IMG/VR virus record: IMGVR_UViG_2675903425_000022
Direction: 5' to 3' (one strand)
Source of the DNA: a virus
Lineage: Duplodnaviria; Heunggongvirae; Uroviricota; Caudoviricetes
DNA: 9,881 bases
The translations under genes were made by a program, and so were the position numbers. This document shows positions 5,672-9,881 of the stretch, piece by piece; the first letter of the stretch is position 1; each line of letters opens with the position of its first letter. The notes below the pieces were generated by a model. The model did not search any database, was not told the DNA's origin, and was given only the letters and a program-made list of their open reading frames with translations.

Positions 5672-6210
5672 ATGGAATTTAAAGATTTACTAAAAGAAAT
5701 CCAGGAAATTGCAGCACATGCACTTCACCAACGTCTGAACGAAGTTGAATTAGAATCTGCAACGAAGAAATACATTGATAATATGGCTCGTAATGTGCGC
5801 GATGCGTTTACCGGATTGTACTCTGTTTCGGTAACAAACAACCAGAATACTGAAGAAACTGCAAAGCGGATTGCCTCGGTGATGGGTTTTCATGTCGAGG
5901 AAAAGTATTCAAAAAAAGAATTCTGGAAAACTACAAAAAAATTGCAGAGCGAGAACTGTCATCTCCTGCGGCAATCGCTTCTTTCTATGAGGAAAGTTAT
6001 TCAGATGACACAGGATTACCGGAACTGCTCTCATTACTTGAAAAATTCGGAATTATCATGAAAGGGACTGCGTCGGCGGATTTCACATACTCAATGATGG
6101 CTGCTGATGGAGAGCCTTTTCCTCCCGAACTTAAAATAACCCCCGGCAATCATCCGATGGTAACAATAAGAGCAATAGAGAATTACTGGTTTAATCCAGT
6201 TCAACAATAG
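5672..6210 (+). pseudogene. ydfC-position gene split by a -1 frameshift at A7 runs (apparent pseudogene, sequencing error, or programmed slip)
   Basis: Frame-2 ORF 5672-6061 (GGAG 6 nt upstream) reads naturally to ...EEKYSKKEF, then becomes Cys/His-rich and low-complexity. The -1 frame is open from 5854 to TAG 6208-6210 and reads naturally (IAERELSSPAAIASFYEESYSDDTGLPELLSLLEKFGIIMKGTASADF...NYWFNPVQQ). Two A7 runs (5911-5917, 5935-5941) sit at the transition. Confidence 0.5.
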
Positions 6211-6247
6211 TTGGTCTTTGCAATATTTTTAATGGGCCACTACGCCC

Positions 6248-6433
6248 TTAATCTCGGGCGGCGTTTAACTCTTTATTCAGTAAATCAGACTGATACTGAT
6301 TTGGCTTTGTAATGATACTGTCAAGTTTTGATATATGAAATTCAACATGTTCTGGACAGTTAAAAATGTAATAACCGCCCTTCTCTAAAAAGCCAGAAAG
6401 AGCGTTACAGGCAGGGCATGGTTTGTTTGGCAT
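6248..6433 (-). CDS. Small zinc-ribbon protein (61 aa), opposite in orientation to the surrounding operon
   Basis: ATG at 6433 (top CAT 6431-6433) with GGAGGA 5 nt upstream. Translation MPNKPCPACNALSGFLEKGGYYIFNCPEHVEFHISKLDSIITKPNQYQSDLLNKELNAARD has CPAC...x16...CPEH, a zinc-ribbon-like pattern. Confidence 0.55.
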   Translation of the reverse strand: MPNKPCPACNALSGFLEKGGYYIFNCPEHVEFHISKLDSIITKPNQYQSDLLNKELNAARD

Positions 6434-6768
6434 TTTATCCTCCATTAAGGGCTGAATTAAAAATGGAGACCAACACGCTGCTACGTGTGGTCGTGCGCCG
6501 GACACAGATAAGAATCCGGCACTGACAGTTTACTGAAAGGATATATCCCTGAAAAGTCAGGGCATAACACGAAAGTGCACGGCGAAGTCCTTCTCCCTTA
6601 GAGCCGTCGTTAAATTTAATTCGACCGTGCGCTTCCGGTTGTGGCAATCCGCGAAATGGCGCGGCGGTAAGTATGGCGGGGTTATTCTTTCCCCGTTGAG
6701 GACACCGGGTTGTCAGGTTGACCATACGCTTAAGTGACAACCCCGCTGCAACGCCCTCTGTTATCAAT

Positions 6769-6821
6769 ATTCTGGTGACATTTGGCGGTATCAGTTTTAC
6801 TCCGTAACTGCTCTGCCGCCC
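6769..6821 (+). ncRNA. dicF: DicF small RNA homolog (53 nt)
   Basis: ATTCTGGTGACATTTGGCGGTATCAGTTTTACTCCGTAACTGCTCTGCCGCCC differs at 3 of 53 positions from the K-12 DicF sequence as I recall it (TTTCTGGTGACGTTTGGCGGTATCAGTTTTACTCCGTGACTGCTCTGCCGCCC). It is followed by TTTTTT and located just upstream of dicB, as in Qin. Confidence 0.8.
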
Positions 6822-6833
6822 TTTTTTAAAAGT

Positions 6834-6988
6834 GAATTTTGTGATGCGGTGAATGCGGCTCAGCGCACGCGGAACAGTTAAATCGGTAAAGCGGTCATTT
6901 GCTGAGTAACGAGAATGCTCTGTATCCGGCGTTAATTGTTAACTGGTTAACGTCACCTGGAGGCACCAGGCACCGCATCACAAAATTC
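6834..6988 (+). promoter_or_regulatory. Long-range perfect 18-bp inverted repeat (extendable to about 21 bp with one G-U) enclosing 119 nt; candidate RNase III processing duplex between dicF and dicB
   Basis: GAATTTTGTGATGCGGTG (6834-6851) is the exact reverse complement of CACCGCATCACAAAATTC (6971-6988). The 3' arm ends 6 nt upstream of the dicB Shine-Dalgarno (GAGGA 6995-6999). Confidence 0.5.
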
Positions 6989-7006
6989 ATTGTTGAGGAC
7001 GCGATA

Positions 7007-7195
7007 ATGGAAAAGTTATCATGTAATGCCAGCACGTCTGAACTTCGTTTCGAAATTGGCGTTATCACTGGAGACAAAACATTTATTGAAGACGCCATTA
7101 AGCAGAGAAAACTCGAGCAGGACCTGTTAAATGAAGTATGCATTCCTTCAATGCTGGCTCGTCTGGACCTGCTGCAAAAAGGATATAAACAATGA
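7007..7195 (+). CDS. dicB: DicB-like cell-division inhibitor (62 aa)
   Basis: MEKLSCNASTSELRFEIGVITGDKTFIEDAIKQRKLEQDLLNEVCIPSMLARLDLLQKGYKQ aligns along its length with K-12 DicB as recalled (...FEIGVTISNPVFTEDAINKRKQERELLNKICIVSMLARLRL...). GAGGA 7 nt upstream of the ATG; directly downstream of dicF. Confidence 0.85.
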   Translation: MEKLSCNASTSELRFEIGVITGDKTFIEDAIKQRKLEQDLLNEVCIPSMLARLDLLQKGYKQ

Positions 7196-7383
7196 ATACA
7201 ACATTTGCACTCGTTCTGACAGTTTATCTTGTTTCCGGCGAATCTCTTGAGCTGGTGACTGGCTTATACGGTTCAATGAAAGAATGCATGGCTGCAGCAG
7301 CAGAACAAAAAATTCCCGGTAACTGTTATCCGGTAGATAAAACTACTCACACTAATAATAACGAAATACCGGCAGGACTTTAA
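7192..7383 (+). CDS. YdfD-like small protein (63 aa) with hydrophobic N-terminal segment
   Basis: ATG overlaps the dicB stop (ATGA at 7192-7195). Translation MNTTFALVLTVYLVSGESLELVTGLYGSMKECMAAAAEQKIPGNCYPVDKTTHTNNNEIPAGL. Position matches ydfD after dicB in Qin (recalled). Confidence 0.6.
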   Translation: MNTTFALVLTVYLVSGESLELVTGLYGSMKECMAAAAEQKIPGNCYPVDKTTHTNNNEIPAGL

Positions 7384-7476
7384 AACAGCACCGTAATTAA
7401 TATCCGGTTTCATTTTTATATGCCAGCAATGGCAGGGATTTGTTCACCCTTAAATCTGTAATGAGGTTAAAACACA

Positions 7477-9881
7477 ATGAGTAAAATCTTTATTTGCGCT
7501 GCTATTCCTGACGAACAGGCCATAAAAGAAGATAGCGCTGTTGCGGTGGCCACTGCCATTGAAGCCGGTGATGAGCGTCGCGCACGCGCAAAATTTCACT
7601 GGCAATTTCTGGAGCAATTCCCGGCAGCTCAGGACTGCGCTTATAAATTTATTGTCTGCGAGGATAAACCCGGCATACCCCGCCCTGCCCTCGATTCCTG
7701 GGATACCGAATATATGCAGGAAAACCGCTGGGATGAGGAGTCAGCTTCCTTTGTACCGGTCGAACCAGAATCCGATCCGATGAACGTCAATTTTGACAAG
7801 CTGTCCCCTGAAGTACAGAACGCAGTCCTGGTTAAATTCGACACATGCGAAAACATCACCGTTGATATGGTGATTAGCGCACAGGAATTACTACAGGAAG
7901 ACATGGCAACATTCGGCGGACATATCGTTGAAGCGTTGATGAAAATGCCAGAAGTTAACGCCATGTATCCTGAACTTAAACTGCATGCCATCGGGTGGGT
8001 TAAGCATAAATGTGAGCCTGGCGCTAAATGGCCTGAAATTCAGGCAGAGATGCGCATCTGGAAAAAACGTCGCGAAGGTGAACGCAAGGAAACCGGAAAA
8101 TACACGTCTGTTGTTGATCTCACCCGCGCCAGAGTCAACCAACAGAACACTGAAAACGCTGCTGAAAAAACCGGGGCTGTCACTGTTGCCATTCGCCGCG
8201 AATACAAACAGACATGGAAAACACTCGACAATGAACTGGCCTGCGCCCTCTGGCCCGGTGATGTGGATGCAGGAAACATTGACGGTACCATCCATCGCTG
8301 GGCGACAAATGAGGTTATCGACAAGGATCGCGAAGACTGGAAGCGTATCTCAGCATCAATGCGCAAACAGCCCGAAGCACTTGGCTATGACCGTCAGACT
8401 ATTTTTGGCCTTGTTCGCGAACGTCCGATCGATATTCACAAAGATCCCGTTGCACTGAACAAATATATCAGTGAATACCTGACGACAAAGGGCGTGTTTG
8501 AACATGAAGAAACAGACCAGAGCTCTACTGATGCTCTCCAGCCGTCAGCAGCACAAACTGCTCCAGTGGAGACGGCAGAATCCGATACTCAAAAAAATGA
8601 AATCCTGGTGGAAGCTGAACCATCTGTAGAGCGTGAAGGACCATTTTATTTCGTCTTTACCGATAAGGGCGGGGAAAAATACGGCAGGGCAAACAAACTT
8701 TCTGGTCTGGACAAGGCGCTGGCTGCCGGCGGTACCGAAATCTCAAAAGAAGAATATTTTGCCCGAAAAAATGGCACATACACGGGCTTACCGCAAAATG
8801 TGGATACCGCTGAAGATTCCGAACAATCAGAGCCGGTAAAAGTTACCGCTGACGAAGTAAACAAAATTATGCAGGCAGCCAATATCAGCCAGCCTGACGC
8901 CGATAAATTGCTTGCTGCATCACGTGGTGAATTTGTTGAAGGGATTAGCGACCCGAATGATCCGAAATGGGTGAAAGGGATCCAGAGTCGCGACGCTGAG
9001 GACCAGAATCAGCCCAACGTGAAACAAAATGAGCCAGAAGCGGAACAAAACAGCCCGGATACGCAACAAAACGGGCCAGAAGAACAACAACCAGAACCAG
9101 CAGTGCAACAGGAACTGGAAAAAGTTTGCACCGCATGCGGTCAGACCGGTGGCGGCAACTGTCCTGACTGTGGTGCGGTGATGGGGAACGCAACCTACCT
9201 GGAAACATTCGATGAAGAGAATCAGGCTGAAGCTCAGAAAAATGATCCGGAGGAAATGGAAGGCACTGAACATCTGCACAAGGAGAACACTGGCAGCGAT
9301 CAGTATCACGCCAGCGATAATAAAACTGGCGAAACAGCAAATCCCTTAATTAAAGTGAACGGTCATCATGAAATCTCATCCACCAGCAGGTTGTGGCACC
9401 ATCTGATGATTGACCTTGAAACAATGGGAAAAAATCCTGATGCGCCAATAAACTCTATAGCCGGTAAGTTTTTTGATCCGGCAACCGGAGAGATGGGGCC
9501 AGAATTCAGCAAAACTATCGATCTGGAAACCGCAGGTGGGGTCATCGATCGGGACACCATTAAGTGGTGGCTGAAACAGTCACGCGAAGCACAATCCTCC
9601 ATTCTGACCGATGAAATCACGTTGGATGATGCACTGCTGCAATTCCGGGAATTTATCGACGAAAACTCCGGTGAATTTTTTGTTCAGGTCTGGGGTAACG
9701 GTGCAACTTTCGACAACGTGATTTTACGCCGTTCATATGAACGGCAGGGGATCCCCTGCCCGTGGCGTTACACCAATGATCGCGATGTAAGAACGATGGT
9801 TGCTCTGGGACTGGTGATGGATTTCGACGCAAGAACGACTATTCCATTCGAAGGTGAACGCCATAACGCCCTGCACGATGC
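7477..9881 (+). CDS. recE: RecE-like (exodeoxyribonuclease VIII-like) large multidomain protein, 5' part only; includes a Cys4 zinc ribbon and DEDDh 3'-5' exonuclease motifs; continues past window end
   Basis: Frame 1 is open from ATG 7477 (TGAGGT upstream) to the window end, 801 codons, verified row by row. It contains KLLAASRGEFVEGISDPNDPKWVKGIQ, which I recall from RecE; CTACGQTGGGNCPDC (9127-9171); and DnaQ-like motifs DLET (9412-9423), GNGATFD (9694-9714) and HNALHD (9862-9879). The ORF track omits it because it has no stop within the window. Confidence 0.65.
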   Translation, partial: MSKIFICAAIPDEQAIKEDSAVAVATAIEAGDERRARAKFHWQFLEQFPAAQDCAYKFIVCEDKPGIPRPALDSWDTEYMQENRWDEESASFVPVEPESDPMNVNFDKLSPEVQNAVLVKFDTCENITVDMVISAQELLQEDMATFGGHIVEALMKMPEVNAMYPELKLHAIGWVKHKCEPGAKWPEIQAEMRIWKKRREGERKETGKYTSVVDLTRARVNQQNTENAAEKTGAVTVAIRREYKQTWKTLDNELACALWPGDVDAGNIDGTIHRWATNEVIDKDREDWKRISASMRKQPEALGYDRQTIFGLVRERPIDIHKDPVALNKYISEYLTTKGVFEHEETDQSSTDALQPSAAQTAPVETAESDTQKNEILVEAEPSVEREGPFYFVFTDKGGEKYGRANKLSGLDKALAAGGTEISKEEYFARKNGTYTGLPQNVDTAEDSEQSEPVKVTADEVNKIMQAANISQPDADKLLAASRGEFVEGISDPNDPKWVKGIQSRDAEDQNQPNVKQNEPEAEQNSPDTQQNGPEEQQPEPAVQQELEKVCTACGQTGGGNCPDCGAVMGNATYLETFDEENQAEAQKNDPEEMEGTEHLHKENTGSDQYHASDNKTGETANPLIKVNGHHEISSTSRLWHHLMIDLETMGKNPDAPINSIAGKFFDPATGEMGPEFSKTIDLETAGGVIDRDTIKWWLKQSREAQSSILTDEITLDDALLQFREFIDENSGEFFVQVWGNGATFDNVILRRSYERQGIPCPWRYTNDRDVRTMVALGLVMDFDARTTIPFEGERHNALHD

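Noticed and set aside
5920-6061. Zero-frame C-terminal tail of ORF 5672..6061 (SENCHLLRQSLLSMRKVIQMTQDYRNCSHYLKNSELS) as genuine coding sequence
   Set aside because: The -1 frame over the same nucleotides gives a far more protein-like translation that continues to 6210; the tail is best explained as out-of-frame read-through after a frameshift.
6243-6260. Hairpin ACGCCC-TTAATCT-CGGGCG after the ydfC-position gene as an intrinsic terminator
   Set aside because: Only a 5-bp stem and no T-run follows on either strand; it also overlaps the stop of the zinc-ribbon gene.
6435-6767. Minus-strand ORF 6435..6767 (110 aa)
   Set aside because: No ribosome-binding site, odd Cys/Arg-rich composition, and it covers a hairpin-rich region better explained as non-coding RNA or leader.
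7541-9620. Plus frame-2 ORFs (7541..7783, 7985..8458, 8633..8839) and minus-strand ORFs (7641..7991, 7891..8295, 8040..8366, 8646..8882, 8920..9340, 9366..9620)
   Set aside because: All lie inside the 801-codon RecE-like frame in other frames or strands; none has start signals, and the RecE-like frame carries recognisable motifs.
1-9881. CRISPR arrays, tRNA/rRNA genes, integrase/transposase or attachment sites
   Set aside because: No regularly spaced direct repeats with spacers, no cloverleaf-like tRNA candidates and no recombinase-like ORFs were found; the window appears internal to the prophage.

Overview
This window looks like the early-gene region of a lambdoid (Rac/Qin/CP-933P-like) enterobacterial prophage, read here with the replication module on the minus strand and the early-left operon on the plus strand. 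Minus strand, in transcription order (high to low coordinates): Cro-like HTH gene, YdaT/CII-like gene (split by an apparent assembly gap), a hypothetical gene, an O-like replication initiator with internal iteron-like repeats, a DnaC-like helicase loader, and a partial DUF1627-like gene. Plus strand: a three-gene regulator-antitoxin-ParE toxin module (paaR2-paaA2-parE2-like) sitting where the phage repressor normally is, an intrinsic terminator, a second copy of the operator palindrome, then a Qin-like dicB operon (ydfA-like, ydfB-like, a frameshifted ydfC-position gene, DicF sRNA, dicB, ydfD-like) and the first 801 codons of a RecE-like ORF that ends with DEDDh exonuclease motifs. The most unusual items are an antisense ORF pair between the CII-like gene and the initiator (the plus-strand ORF has its own TATAAT, AGGAGG and ATG), a reverse-oriented zinc-ribbon micro-gene plus a hairpin-rich block upstream of dicF, and the duplicated operator. 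All family assignments rest on reading the translations and on recalled knowledge; no database search was possible.
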